Source of the DNA: Promethearchaeota archaeon
Lineage (GTDB): Archaea > Asgardarchaeota > Lokiarchaeia > Sigyniarchaeales > SOKP01
Length of the DNA stretch: 64,000 bases
Direction of reading: 5' to 3'
Assembly (NCBI GenBank): GCA_048939995.1
Contig: JBHLOY010000004.1
Span: 192,001 to 256,000, forward strand
The translations under genes and the position numbers were made by a program. Each line of letters starts with the position of its first letter. The stretch's first letter is position 1. Shown piece after piece: positions 20,665-30,943 of this stretch. Under the pieces are notes generated by a model. That model did not search any database. It was not told where the DNA came from and saw only the letters and a list, made by a program, of their open reading frames with translations.

Positions 20665-21981
20665 TCATAATGAATCAGTTGGATTTACTTTTCTATTTTT
20701 AATAGTTCTCTTATTTATAATCAGACCGATAGTAATGATTAAAACTACAAAAACCAATATATATATACTTGGAATTTCTCCATCTGTTACTGATGTTACA
20801 ATTCCCCCATCTCTAATAAGCCAATTAAAATTATTAATAATAGCTTGTTTTGCATCCTTGGCTGCACTACTATATTTGGAGGAACCTGCATCAAAAGTTA
20901 CATTAAATCGCAAGGAAAGTTGCGACCAACCTATTAATAATTGATCATAATTCGAGGTCGATAGTGCAACCCCATAGAACATATAATCCATATTTTTCAC
21001 ATTTGAGACGTTCCAATTACCGAGAGGCTGATCAAACGAAGGAGCAAAACAGAACATGAATCTCATTGTATTTACGCTCGGGACATCCCAGTTGCCCAGG
21101 GGTTGATTGAATGATGAAGCAAAATAGAATATATAATCCATATTTGTCACATTTGAGACATTCCAGTCACCTATGGGTTGGTTGAATGAGGATGAGTCGG
21201 TAAACATATAACTCATGTCATTCACACTCGAGACATCCCAGTCACCAAGGTATTGATTGAATGAAGAAGCTCCATGGAACATGAATCTCATAGTTGTCAC
21301 TCTGGAGACATTCCAGTTATCGATGGATATATTGAATGAAGAAGCTCCATAGAACATAAAATCCATATTAGTGACCTTGGAGGTGTCCCAATTATTCATA
21401 TTACCATTGCTACTTAAACTGGGGCAATTCCTAAAAGCAGAATGTAAACTTGTTGTTCCCGTTAAATTTATATCATCAGTTGCAGTAAGTGCTAAATTAG
21501 AACATCCTGAAAAATATTTTTCTGAATTTCCTAATTGCAAGCAACCCCATTGTTGAATTTGGAGTATCTTTAGCTTATCACCCCCGAAACCAAATCTCCA
21601 TCCAATAATAGTTCCCATGATGCTTATAGTATATACTCCTTCGGAATTATAGGTGTGTATAGCAGTAGGTTGATCCCAATTTATGATTGTATCATTGTTC
21701 ATATCCCCCCATTCTACTGTGAAATTATATGTTCCACTCGATTCTAATGGTAGGCATACTTGATTGCTACTGCTAGAACCCTCACTTATCTTTGTTGTAT
21801 CCCAGACAGAGATAAACTCTTTCGGGTTTGATGCGACAGGATTATGTGAATCTAAGTCGGTGGTAGCTCTTTTTAGCTCATAAAAGGGATACTCATGAGT
21901 CGAAATACTCAAGGATATCGATAGTAAGACTATAGATACTACACATAGTTTTGTTAATTTAAATTTTTTCAAACTAATCAT
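20665..21981 (-). CDS. BspA-like/DUF285 repeat surface protein with C-terminal TM anchor
   Basis: N-terminal hydrophobic leader, PKD-like domain, W(D/N)xSxVxxMxxMF repeats, TM plus basic tail. Confidence 0.88.
   Translation of the reverse strand: MISLKKFKLTKLCVVSIVLLSISLSISTHEYPFYELKRATTDLDSHNPVASNPKEFISVWDTTKISEGSSSSNQVCLPLESSGTYNFTVEWGDMNNDTIINWDQPTAIHTYNSEGVYTISIMGTIIGWRFGFGGDKLKILQIQQWGCLQLGNSEKYFSGCSNLALTATDDINLTGTTSLHSAFRNCPSLSSNGNMNNWDTSKVTNMDFMFYGASSFNISIDNWNVSRVTTMRFMFHGASSFNQYLGDWDVSSVNDMSYMFTDSSSFNQPIGDWNVSNVTNMDYIFYFASSFNQPLGNWDVPSVNTMRFMFCFAPSFDQPLGNWNVSNVKNMDYMFYGVALSTSNYDQLLIGWSQLSLRFNVTFDAGSSKYSSAAKDAKQAIINNFNWLIRDGGIVTSVTDGEIPSIYILVFVVLIITIGLIINKRTIKNRKVNPTDSL
20960..21400 (-). 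repeat. About 6 tandem 75-bp (25-aa) DUF285 repeats
   Basis: Repeated GAGACATTCCAGT/GAGACATCCCAGT and GGTTGATTGAATGA units at 75-nt spacing. Confidence 0.8.
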
Positions 21982-22335
21982 TTTTTACTGTCTTTTGTAA
22001 AATACTGGACTTCTTCAAGAATATTATTAGAAAATAGAATTTTTAAATCTTTTTCAAAGTTAATAATTAGAAAAAAATTTCTAAAATAATTTAATTAAAA
22101 TATTTTTATCGCTTCTCTTTTGGTGATTTATAGATAATTGCAGCATTGACGGCTCTCCTTCATCAATTATTTTATCATAATGTAAATTACAACACTCTTG
22201 AGACTATAGTATCTTTAAAAATGTGCATTGAAAAATATAGAAAATTTAAATTTTATTCAATTTAAATCATTTTTATTGATTAAAGATTATTATTAATATT
22301 TAACTTATATTTGACATTTTATTTGGTGATTAAAA

Positions 22336-22872
22336 ATAACTCGAAAAAGGCTGACTATTGGCTTAGTGCAATGTTACTTTGGAAGAGGTAAAGGAAAGAC
22401 TACAGCCGCATTAGGTCAAGGATTTCGTGCTACTGGACAAGGTTTCAAAGTTTACATGATTCAATTTATGAAGGGTTGGGACAAATATGGAGAGGTGAAT
22501 GCAATTAAAAATACAGATAATTTTGAACTTAAACAATTTGGTACACCCGATCTTATTTCTGAACCAAGAGAAATCGACTATGAGGAGGCTAAAAAAGCAT
22601 TGAAATTTGCTGAAGAAATTATTACGAGTGATAAATATGATATAGTAATTTTAGATGAGATCGGGGTTGCTATCGAATATAATTTGATTGCGGTTGAAGA
22701 AGTCTTGGAATTAATAAATAAAAAACCCGAAAAAGTTGAATTAATATTGACTGGTGGTCCTAATATACATCCCAAGATAAAAGAAAGAGCTGACTTATTA
22801 ACTGAAATGAGGATGATTAAACATTATTACTCTTCAAAAGGGATCACTGCAAGGTTAGGTATTGAATATTAA
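22336..22872 (+). CDS. cobO: Cob(I)yrinic acid a,c-diamide adenosyltransferase (CobO/CobA/BtuR)
   Basis: GRGKGKTTAALG, IQFMKG, ILDEI, LILTG, GIEY; the conserved GLV lies upstream of the GTG, so an ATA start at 22336 (5 nt after GGTGAT) is proposed. Confidence 0.92.
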   Translation: MTRKRLTIGLVQCYFGRGKGKTTAALGQGFRATGQGFKVYMIQFMKGWDKYGEVNAIKNTDNFELKQFGTPDLISEPREIDYEEAKKALKFAEEIITSDKYDIVILDEIGVAIEYNLIAVEEVLELINKKPEKVELILTGGPNIHPKIKERADLLTEMRMIKHYYSSKGITARLGIEY

Positions 22873-22892
22873 TAAGAAATTTAATTAAAAAA

Positions 22893-23645
22893 ATGGATAT
22901 TAATAAACTTTATAGGAAAATTATAAGTGATCTAGAAAAGGAAGCCATTAGTAAATTTAAATCAAAGGATGATTATTTAAGTTGGAATCATGAAGTTTTC
23001 AACAAATATGGATATAGAGCTTATAACTTAAGTGTACCAGAAATAGACAATATAGTTAAGAAATATCATAATCAATTTAAAATGCTTTCCTTTGATGAAA
23101 GGTTAGAGTTATCAAGTAAATTTTACAAATCGGGATATATTGGACAAACTAGCTTTGGATTACAAATTCTAAAAATTAGTCTACCAGAATTAAGACCCAA
23201 ATATTTTGATTATCTTGATGAAATTGTTAGCACTTTTACTGGTTGGGGTCCAACAGATTCTTTTTCTCTCTATATAATGCAACCTTTGTTAAAGAGATAT
23301 CCTAATGAAGTAAAAAAATTGTTAGAAAAGTGGAATGATTCTCAGCATCTATGGAAAAAACGAGCAAGTGTCGTTGTTTTTACAAGAAAAGTTGGAGCTA
23401 GTGGTGAACACCTAGATTATCTCCTAAAATTATGTGATAATTTAATATGGAATAATGAGGATTTAGTAAGAAAAGCAGTTGGTTGGGCACTTAAAGATAA
23501 TATGGTTGGAAAAAATAAAGAAAAAGTGTTAAATTATATTAAAGAATTGAGGAAAAAGGGTGTTTCATCAACAATAACTCTTTATTCAATTCGAAGATTA
23601 AAAGGAAAAGAAAGAAAAGAAATCTTAAGAATTAAACCAAAATAG
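22893..23645 (+). CDS. AlkD-like DNA alkylation repair (HEAT-like) protein
   Basis: WGPTD, WKKRASVV, DLVRKAVGWALK. Confidence 0.82.
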   Translation: MDINKLYRKIISDLEKEAISKFKSKDDYLSWNHEVFNKYGYRAYNLSVPEIDNIVKKYHNQFKMLSFDERLELSSKFYKSGYIGQTSFGLQILKISLPELRPKYFDYLDEIVSTFTGWGPTDSFSLYIMQPLLKRYPNEVKKLLEKWNDSQHLWKKRASVVVFTRKVGASGEHLDYLLKLCDNLIWNNEDLVRKAVGWALKDNMVGKNKEKVLNYIKELRKKGVSSTITLYSIRRLKGKERKEILRIKPK

Positions 23646-23687
23646 AAATCAATAAAAAAATTATAGAAATAATAATTATCTCATAAT

Positions 23688-24050
23688 ATGAATGAAAAAA
23701 TAGAAAATAGATTAATAGCTTATTGTGGTATTGATTGTGGAAGGTGCAACATTTATCTTGCTCCCAATAATCCTAAGATTGCTAAAGACTTAATAAGAAC
23801 TTTTGAAGGTGCGTGGGATAATGTTAAACCAGAAGATTTTTCGTGTAGTACTTGTAGAGGTCCAATTGATGAATGTTGGAGTTCAGAGTGTTGGATTCGA
23901 GATTGTTGTTCTAAGATAAAAAAACTAAATTATTGTTATGAATGTGATGAATTTCCTTGTGCTAATCTAGAGAAATGGGCTTTAAAAAGCAAAGGTTATA
24001 AAAAAGCACTAAACAGACTCAGGAAAATGAAAGGCCTTGATTTTAAATAA
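23688..24050 (+). CDS. DUF3795-family Cys-rich protein
   Basis: AYCGIDCGRC, CSTCR, CWIRDC, CYECDEFPC. Confidence 0.82.
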   Translation: MNEKIENRLIAYCGIDCGRCNIYLAPNNPKIAKDLIRTFEGAWDNVKPEDFSCSTCRGPIDECWSSECWIRDCCSKIKKLNYCYECDEFPCANLEKWALKSKGYKKALNRLRKMKGLDFK

Positions 24051-24738
24051 AAAACCCTTTGATAATTAAAATTCCCCCTAAATTAAATAGAATTAAGGCA
24101 AGACTCTCAGTTAACATTTCTTCAGAAATGCCACCAATTAAATTTGATGCGAGTCCAATAACGACTATAATTATTCCTACAAAAAACCATTGTAATCTTT
24201 TTTTAGTTCCTCCTTCAACCTTTTTAGTCATCATTGCATATTTGCATATAACATAAATCGCTAAACTAATCCTTAGAAGATTTACCAAAGAGAACCATAT
24301 TAAAGCAGCACCAGTAGTCAAAGTATCAACCATACCCTGTTCATACAAACTTAGGTTCAAAGATGGTCTCCATATAAAGAATCCAAAACTCATTAGGATA
24401 AATAAAATCATCATTGTTCCGAAATATTTAATACTCATAGCTACTTTTTGGGATTTTTCTAAGATAAAAACTGTCATTACCAAGGATATAGGAATGAAAT
24501 TGAAAAAGATTTGAGCTGGAATCCTGATTGAAATAATGAGAGACTCACATCCACCACAAAATATCAAATGATAAATTAGATATAACAAAAATCCAAAAGA
24601 AGCAGAGTAGAAAAATAGCGCAAACCATCTATTTAGCCAATTTGTTCGATTTAAGCGTAGTTCAATAAACCCTCCTATAAATGTAATTATAACTGTTATC
24701 CCTACAATAATCATTTCTAAAATATAGAAACCAATCAT
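24043..24738 (-). CDS. 7-TM hypothetical membrane protein
   Basis: About 7 hydrophobic segments; LNRWFALFF motif. Confidence 0.65.
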   Translation of the reverse strand: MIGFYILEMIIVGITVIITFIGGFIELRLNRTNWLNRWFALFFYSASFGFLLYLIYHLIFCGGCESLIISIRIPAQIFFNFIPISLVMTVFILEKSQKVAMSIKYFGTMMILFILMSFGFFIWRPSLNLSLYEQGMVDTLTTGAALIWFSLVNLLRISLAIYVICKYAMMTKKVEGGTKKRLQWFFVGIIIVVIGLASNLIGGISEEMLTESLALILFNLGGILIIKGFFI

Positions 24739-24912
24739 CAGTATTTTACCCTTTTAATATTAAAACATAATAATGACTTATAATAATTTTAAATTTACCT
24801 TTCTTGATTAAAAAAACAATATCTTTAAGTTTTAAATAATAAAAAATTAGATATATCAAATATAAAATATTTTCTATTCATTTATTCAATACTCCAATTT
24901 TGATGTTTACAT

Positions 24913-26547
24913 ATGCCCAAATGCTTTGTGATATCTCCCATCCGTGTAGATAAATATGATCAAGTTTTTAATCAAATTATTAAACCAGCGATGGAAAATT
25001 GTGGAATAGAAACATTCTGTGAAACGAAATTAACCAATAAAGTATTTGATTTAATACCCACCTATGATCTATGTATAATAATTCATTCAAAAGATCATCC
25101 GTTAATATATTATCAAACTGCTATCGCTAAATGTGCTGGCAAGCCTCTTATCTTCTTGAAGGCAAAAGGAGAGTCCCTCCCATTCCACCTCAATAATGAA
25201 CATAATGTAAATTACGATCTAAAGGATTTAACTCAATTAAATGTTGAGGATGTCATTAATGATATAATTAATAGAGTAAAAGAAATTGAATTAAATGATT
25301 GGGAGGCCCTCCAACCATTTAACTTCGAAAAGATCCAAAAAATTAAAGATTCAATTCAAAAAGATAATTCAAAAAAATGTTATATAATTCAACCTATTGG
25401 CCGGGAAGGATCAGATACGTGGGAACACATTGATAGCGTATTTAATTATATAATTAAACCAGGATTAAAAAAGTTCGATCTTAAACCTTATACAATTATG
25501 GACTTAAAATCTAAGGTAACATCATTCGAACCTGGATTGCTATCAGAACGAAAACTTAGATTATTATCTGAAAATAGCCTTGAAATCTTATCTGAACAAG
25601 TTTACAAAGCAATTTTGACTATGGACCTATGCATCGCAATCTTAACCTACCCAGATCCAAATGTATTCTTTGAATTAGGTATGGCACATTTTGAATCTCG
25701 ACCGGTTATTAAATTAATGGATAAGGAGACTTATAGAAACTATCCTTTTGTTCTAAGAAAGAAAAAAGATCTAATTTTATATACTTATCAATATTTATCT
25801 TTAAAAAGCGTATTTTATGATAAAACGTATACCAGTCAGATTTTAGATTACATTAAGGATTTAGAAGTCGCAGATTGGAGAGTTCAGAATTTTCGTTTTA
25901 AAGATATCGTTATTGAAAATGAATTTAACAAATATATCAAGAAAAAAATATCACAAACACATAGAGAAATAAAATTTGATAATTTAGCCGCTAAAACTGG
26001 CTTAGAACCTCAAAAGATTGAAGAATTGATTGAGAAATTGATATTAAGAGGAGAATTGGATGCAGAAATTATCAAAAATAAAATTATATTTAAACCATCT
26101 GAAGCTGCTTCAATTGAAGTTGCATCTACAATACCTCCTGGTAAAAAGATTTTAATTTTTATTAGTTATGCTACTAAAGATGCTGATTGGTTTAAGGTTC
26201 AAGAGATTGCAAGATCATTAACTACTTACCACGAAATAGAGAAAGTCTTTTATTGGCAAGAGGACATGAAAGACAACATTTATGAATATATGGATGAATA
26301 TTTAGGTAAATGTGATCTTATGCTCCTATTTTGTTCCCCTAATGCTTTAAAATCTAAACCAATAATGAAAGAATGGACAGCAGCAGATAGTATGGAAATA
26401 CCAATTATTCCTGTCTTTTTTAGCTCAGAACATATACCCCCACTTTTGAAATCAAGATTAGGCGTTAAATTTTTTCCTTTTGAGTTTGAGAAAAATGTAA
26501 GTAAAATTCATGATCTAATCATTAAAAAGTGTGAGGAAAAAACCTAA
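24913..26547 (+). CDS. Multidomain protein: 2x nucleoside 2-deoxyribosyltransferase-like + PCI-like winged helix + TIR
   Basis: CFVISPI and CYIIQPIG..DPNVFFELGMA; EIKFDNLA..LILRGELDAEI; IFISYA..LFCSPNALKS..KEW..IIPVF. Confidence 0.78.
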   Translation: MPKCFVISPIRVDKYDQVFNQIIKPAMENCGIETFCETKLTNKVFDLIPTYDLCIIIHSKDHPLIYYQTAIAKCAGKPLIFLKAKGESLPFHLNNEHNVNYDLKDLTQLNVEDVINDIINRVKEIELNDWEALQPFNFEKIQKIKDSIQKDNSKKCYIIQPIGREGSDTWEHIDSVFNYIIKPGLKKFDLKPYTIMDLKSKVTSFEPGLLSERKLRLLSENSLEILSEQVYKAILTMDLCIAILTYPDPNVFFELGMAHFESRPVIKLMDKETYRNYPFVLRKKKDLILYTYQYLSLKSVFYDKTYTSQILDYIKDLEVADWRVQNFRFKDIVIENEFNKYIKKKISQTHREIKFDNLAAKTGLEPQKIEELIEKLILRGELDAEIIKNKIIFKPSEAASIEVASTIPPGKKILIFISYATKDADWFKVQEIARSLTTYHEIEKVFYWQEDMKDNIYEYMDEYLGKCDLMLLFCSPNALKSKPIMKEWTAADSMEIPIIPVFFSSEHIPPLLKSRLGVKFFPFEFEKNVSKIHDLIIKKCEEKT

Positions 26548-26662
26548 TATAAAGTCATGCCTTAATTTTCAAATTTTTTTAAAAAATAAAAAATAAAATA
26601 ATTCAAAGATTCCATAAGTTAAAATACAATTTTATTTCGAATAAAAAACTTAAGATGATAAT

Positions 26663-27922
26663 ATGGCAAAATTAGCAAGACAAGTTGCTGTGGTTGGAGC
26701 AGGAATGAGTAAATTTGGTCAATGGTTTCCAACAAAAAGAAATCCAGATTTATGGATTGATGCCTGGTTAGATGCTGTTAGCAAAACAGATAATGGGATA
26801 GAACCTAAAGATGTTGATGCATGTTATGTAGGTAATTATTCATCAGATTTATTTAATCATCAAGGACACTTAGGTCCTCAAATGGCAAATCTTGTTGGGC
26901 TAACACCAAAACCCGCTCCAAGAATGGAGGGTGCTTGTGCAAGTAGTGGAGTCGCTCTACGACAAGCAATTATAGCAATAGCATCAGGAATTCATGATGT
27001 AATTGCGGTATGTGGTGTTGAGAGTATGACAGAAGTTTCGACAACATTAGTGACCGACACATTAGCTACCGCATCAGATAATTTGTTCGAATATCCTGCT
27101 GGAGCTACATTCCCTGGATTATATGCTGCTATCGCTTCAGCCCATTTTCATAAACATGGGACTACTCCAGAAGATTTAATGAGAGTAGCAATTAAAAATC
27201 ACCAGAATGGTAAAGAAAATCCCTATGCCCAAATGCAACAATCCATTGATGATATAATGAAGAGTAAAGTAAAGAAGTTTGAAAGCCAAGGAAAAGAAGC
27301 TCCAGATTGGAAAAATGAATTTGACTTTTTGAAGAGTAGTTCAAATCCATATATCGCTTCACCGCTTCGGTTATTTGATTGTTCTCTCGTGACCGATGGT
27401 GCTGCCTGTGTTTTTTTAGCAGCTAAAGATATCGCAAAAAAGTTTACAGACACACCAATATGGATAACTGGTACAGGTCAAGGAAGTGCATCCTTATCAT
27501 TACATGATAGAGAAAGTATTACAAGTTTTATAGCTGCAAAAGAAGCAGTAAGACAAGCGTATAAAATGTCTGGTTTAAAACCAAATGAAATTCAGATAGC
27601 AGAAGTACACGACTGTTTTACTATAGCAGAGATAGTTGCTCTAGAAGATTTAGGCTTTTACGAAACAGGAAAAGCTGTAGAAGCAATTAAAAATGGAGAA
27701 ACAAGACGTGATGGGGCTTTACCAATTAATACTTCGGGTGGTTTGAAGAGTAAGGGCCATCCAGTTGGAGCTACGGGGGCAGCAATGGTAGTTGAAACGT
27801 TTAAGCAGATGAGAGGTATTGCTGAAAGGAATAGACAAGTTAAATTCGACGTTGAAAGGGCTCTGACTCATAATTTAGGTGGTAGTGGTGGAACCTGTGT
27901 TGTAACTATCTATCAAAAATGA
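26663..27922 (+). CDS. Thiolase (archaeal/SCP2-type acetyl-CoA acetyltransferase)
   Basis: EGACASSG, EVHDCFT, NTSGGLKSKGHPVGATG, HNLGG. Confidence 0.93.
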   Translation: MAKLARQVAVVGAGMSKFGQWFPTKRNPDLWIDAWLDAVSKTDNGIEPKDVDACYVGNYSSDLFNHQGHLGPQMANLVGLTPKPAPRMEGACASSGVALRQAIIAIASGIHDVIAVCGVESMTEVSTTLVTDTLATASDNLFEYPAGATFPGLYAAIASAHFHKHGTTPEDLMRVAIKNHQNGKENPYAQMQQSIDDIMKSKVKKFESQGKEAPDWKNEFDFLKSSSNPYIASPLRLFDCSLVTDGAACVFLAAKDIAKKFTDTPIWITGTGQGSASLSLHDRESITSFIAAKEAVRQAYKMSGLKPNEIQIAEVHDCFTIAEIVALEDLGFYETGKAVEAIKNGETRRDGALPINTSGGLKSKGHPVGATGAAMVVETFKQMRGIAERNRQVKFDVERALTHNLGGSGGTCVVTIYQK

Positions 27923-27932
27923 GGTGAAAAAG

Positions 27933-28355
27933 ATGTCTGAAGAAAAAGAAATTACGATTCAAAACTATTTAGATTATATGACGAATAATAGGCTTATGGG
28001 TTCTAAGTGCAAGAAATGTAGTGCTAATTATGTTCCTCCAAGAAAATTATGCACTAAATGTAACTCAACAGAGTTAGAATGGGTAGAAATGTCTGGTAAG
28101 GGAAAAATTGCCGCATATTCTTGTATAGGCGTTGGAACAACCTTTATGGTGGGTAAGGGTTATTCTATGAAGAAACCTTATTGTTTTTCAGTTATTAAAC
28201 TTGATGAGGGTCCTATGGTATCGGGCCAATTAATCGGAGTAGATGAGACAAAACCGGAAACAATAAAGATAGAGACTCCTGTGAAAGTTAGCTTTATAAA
28301 AACTGAGCTTCAAGGTGGAGAAACCAGAGTCGATCTAGGCTTTGAACCCATATGA
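27933..28355 (+). CDS. DUF35 Zn-ribbon/OB-fold thiolase partner
   Basis: CKKC..PPRKLCTKC, SGKGKI, VIKLDEG; GAGGTGA SD. Confidence 0.9.
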   Translation: MSEEKEITIQNYLDYMTNNRLMGSKCKKCSANYVPPRKLCTKCNSTELEWVEMSGKGKIAAYSCIGVGTTFMVGKGYSMKKPYCFSVIKLDEGPMVSGQLIGVDETKPETIKIETPVKVSFIKTELQGGETRVDLGFEPI

Positions 28356-28406
28356 AAAATTAATATAAACCTTTTTTAATTTTTTTTGAATTTAAAATTC
28401 TATTAG

Positions 28407-29594
28407 GTGGAGTCAATTAAAAGGACATATAAGATCATTTCTATAATCTTATTAATTTCAATAATAGCCAGTGGTTTTTTGTTACCTCTTGTCTTGGTAA
28501 ATCGGAATTATATACAAAATATTGATATTGATTTGAAATTCGAAGGAGATAATGCATTTCTTTATGTTCAAGATCAAATAGAAATTAACCAAAGTCATTT
28601 TAGGATTCCTGGCACGCAAGGTAGAGAGAAATGTGCCCAATATTTTATAACTAAATTCCAAGAAATTGATATTAATATAACCTATATACTACATAATTTC
28701 ACAGTTCATTCAATTGATTGTCAAAATGTTTTATTCAAGTTAAATGAAAATTATAACAATATAGTTATATTGGCATCTCATTATGATTCTAGAGCAAAAG
28801 CAACAAAAGATCCAATAATTGGAAATAGAACAAAGCCAGTTCCAGGCGCTAATGACGGAGCAAGTGGATGCGGAGTTTTAGTTGAATTAGCCCGAGTTTT
28901 ATATGAAAAAATAATGAATCTTAGCTGTCAAATCTGGTTTTTATTTTTAGATGGGGAAGATCAAGGCTTTGATTATGATGCTGGTATTGAGGGTTGGGAT
29001 TGGTGCGAAGGATCAAAAGCTTTTGTGAATTCAATTAATAGTTTTTATAACTTCTCAAACGAGTATTTTGATTGCATGATCTTATTAGATATGGTTGGAG
29101 GGGTAAATCTTCAATTTATAAATGAACAGTATTCGACTTCGTCATTATTAGGCGAACTATTCGAAATTGGTCAGCAGTTAGGCTATACATCTCAATTTCC
29201 AAATGATGCATATTCAGCAAGGATAACTGATGACCATGTTGCTTTTGTAAACTATGGAATACCCTCAGCAGACTTAATTATAAAATTTTGGAATAATCCT
29301 GAATGGCCATATCATCATACAGTCCAAGATGATTTATCTAATATCTCAAATATGAGCCTAGACATTACAGGAGAAACAGTTGAACAATTTCTTTATAATA
29401 ACTATCTGATTCTGTTATCTAATGATTATCAAGGCAATTATCCTTGGAAAGAAGATATTAATCTAGTAGATACTGATGTTATAATTACTATAATAATAAT
29501 ATTAGCGTTAATTGGCGTGTCATTCTTATTAATTTTTTCAATAAAATGGATATCTAAGAAAAAAAGAAATGTAAATACCGAAAATACTTATTAG
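28407..29594 (+). CDS. M28-family peptidase (glutaminyl cyclase-like), membrane anchored
   Basis: SHYDSR, GANDGASG, DGEDQG, LLDMVG, DDH, YHHT. Confidence 0.87.
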   Translation: MESIKRTYKIISIILLISIIASGFLLPLVLVNRNYIQNIDIDLKFEGDNAFLYVQDQIEINQSHFRIPGTQGREKCAQYFITKFQEIDINITYILHNFTVHSIDCQNVLFKLNENYNNIVILASHYDSRAKATKDPIIGNRTKPVPGANDGASGCGVLVELARVLYEKIMNLSCQIWFLFLDGEDQGFDYDAGIEGWDWCEGSKAFVNSINSFYNFSNEYFDCMILLDMVGGVNLQFINEQYSTSSLLGELFEIGQQLGYTSQFPNDAYSARITDDHVAFVNYGIPSADLIIKFWNNPEWPYHHTVQDDLSNISNMSLDITGETVEQFLYNNYLILLSNDYQGNYPWKEDINLVDTDVIITIIIILALIGVSFLLIFSIKWISKKKRNVNTENTY

Positions 29595-30412
29595 AAATAC
29601 ATTCTAAAAGCAAATCCTATCAAAGTTGCTGCTACCAATAGTTGAAGATAAAGATTTGGCATTCTCTTTGAAACATTGGCTCCCAGGAACGCCCCTATAA
29701 TGGATCCTATGCCAAGTGTAAGTCCTAGAGCTAACTCTACTTGACCTATCAATAATTTTGTTATTGAATTATAAATTGCAGTAAAGAAAATTATTGAAGT
29801 GGAAACTGCTGTAGCATAATGAATTGGAAAATTCAAGACTAGATTTAATCCAGGAGTAATAATTACTCCACCTCCAATTCCCAAAAAGTTTGAAATAAAA
29901 CCTGCCAATAAGAAAAGAGGAATAGTAACCCTCATTTTCTCCTTATAATCATAATCTCTCAAAAATGAGAAATCTTCATTAAAACTTATATTATTATTCT
30001 CTTTATGCTGATTATTTGATATTCTGTGATTATGAATACTTTTAAATACCATATATAATCCCGAAGTAAGCAATAAGGTGGCAAACAATATTCTTAGAAT
30101 TACATTATTTATTTCTATAAATAGCAATATTAGTGTGCTTAGTAAACATCCAAGTATAGAAAATCCACTATATATCAAGGAATTCTTTAAATCAGTTCTT
30201 TTCCCTTTTAAGTATGTTAAAAATCCTGAAGCTGAAGTTAATAAGATTATGAAATTTGAGGTATCAATTGAAACATTAATGGGGACTAGAAGGAATATAG
30301 TAATAAAACTAACATAAAAAATACCTCCTCCTTGTCCACTCATAACGCTTATTAATCCAAATATTAACCCACAAAATGATAAAATAATTATAATTTCCCA
30401 TGTAAAATTCAT
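29591..30412 (-). CDS. TauE/SafE sulfite exporter family protein
   Basis: GQGGG and GIGGG repeats, about 8 TM. Confidence 0.87.
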   Translation of the reverse strand: MNFTWEIIIILSFCGLIFGLISVMSGQGGGIFYVSFITIFLLVPINVSIDTSNFIILLTSASGFLTYLKGKRTDLKNSLIYSGFSILGCLLSTLILLFIEINNVILRILFATLLLTSGLYMVFKSIHNHRISNNQHKENNNISFNEDFSFLRDYDYKEKMRVTIPLFLLAGFISNFLGIGGGVIITPGLNLVLNFPIHYATAVSTSIIFFTAIYNSITKLLIGQVELALGLTLGIGSIIGAFLGANVSKRMPNLYLQLLVAATLIGFAFRMYF

Positions 30413-30471
30413 TATAAAATTTCAAATTATAAAAAAAATTTTAACTTTTCCTAAAAAAAATGTGATAAAGA

Positions 30472-30933
30472 GTGGTAAAATACAAAGATATATTGAAAAT
30501 TAGCGAAAATTTTGAGGAAGAATTTTGCAGCGCGATCAATAATAGTCAAGATTATAATCGGGCAGCAAAAGGGTGGGGAGTCGAATTTGAGGGGGCTTTA
30601 CTATGGATGATGGGTGCTAGTGGTGAAATAATTGACAGTTTAAGAATCTTTCTAGATCTTAAGGATGGAAAGTGTTTAGGAATAAACATTTTAGCTCCAA
30701 ATGAAGATATTCCACGAGATGCTATATTAATCTTAAGTGCACCACTTAATATTTGGAAAGAAATGGGTACAAAAAGAATTAATCCAAATCAATTTATTAT
30801 GTCAGGTAGAGTGAAGATTGAGGGGAATATTGCTCTAATGATGAGATATTCTAAAGCTGCGCTTGAATTAGGAAAATTGGCGGGGAAACAAATCTTTTTC
30901 CGAAAACTATTTACTGAATATGATTTAGGCTAA
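30472..30933 (+). CDS. SCP2 sterol/lipid-binding domain protein
   Basis: INPNQFIMSGRVKIEGNI. Confidence 0.8.
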   Translation: MVKYKDILKISENFEEEFCSAINNSQDYNRAAKGWGVEFEGALLWMMGASGEIIDSLRIFLDLKDGKCLGINILAPNEDIPRDAILILSAPLNIWKEMGTKRINPNQFIMSGRVKIEGNIALMMRYSKAALELGKLAGKQIFFRKLFTEYDLG

Positions 30934-30943
30934 ACTAGTAGTA

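Noticed and set aside
20960-21400. Regular repeats as a possible CRISPR array
   Set aside because: In-frame 75-nt coding repeats of a DUF285 protein; no unique spacers and no cas genes
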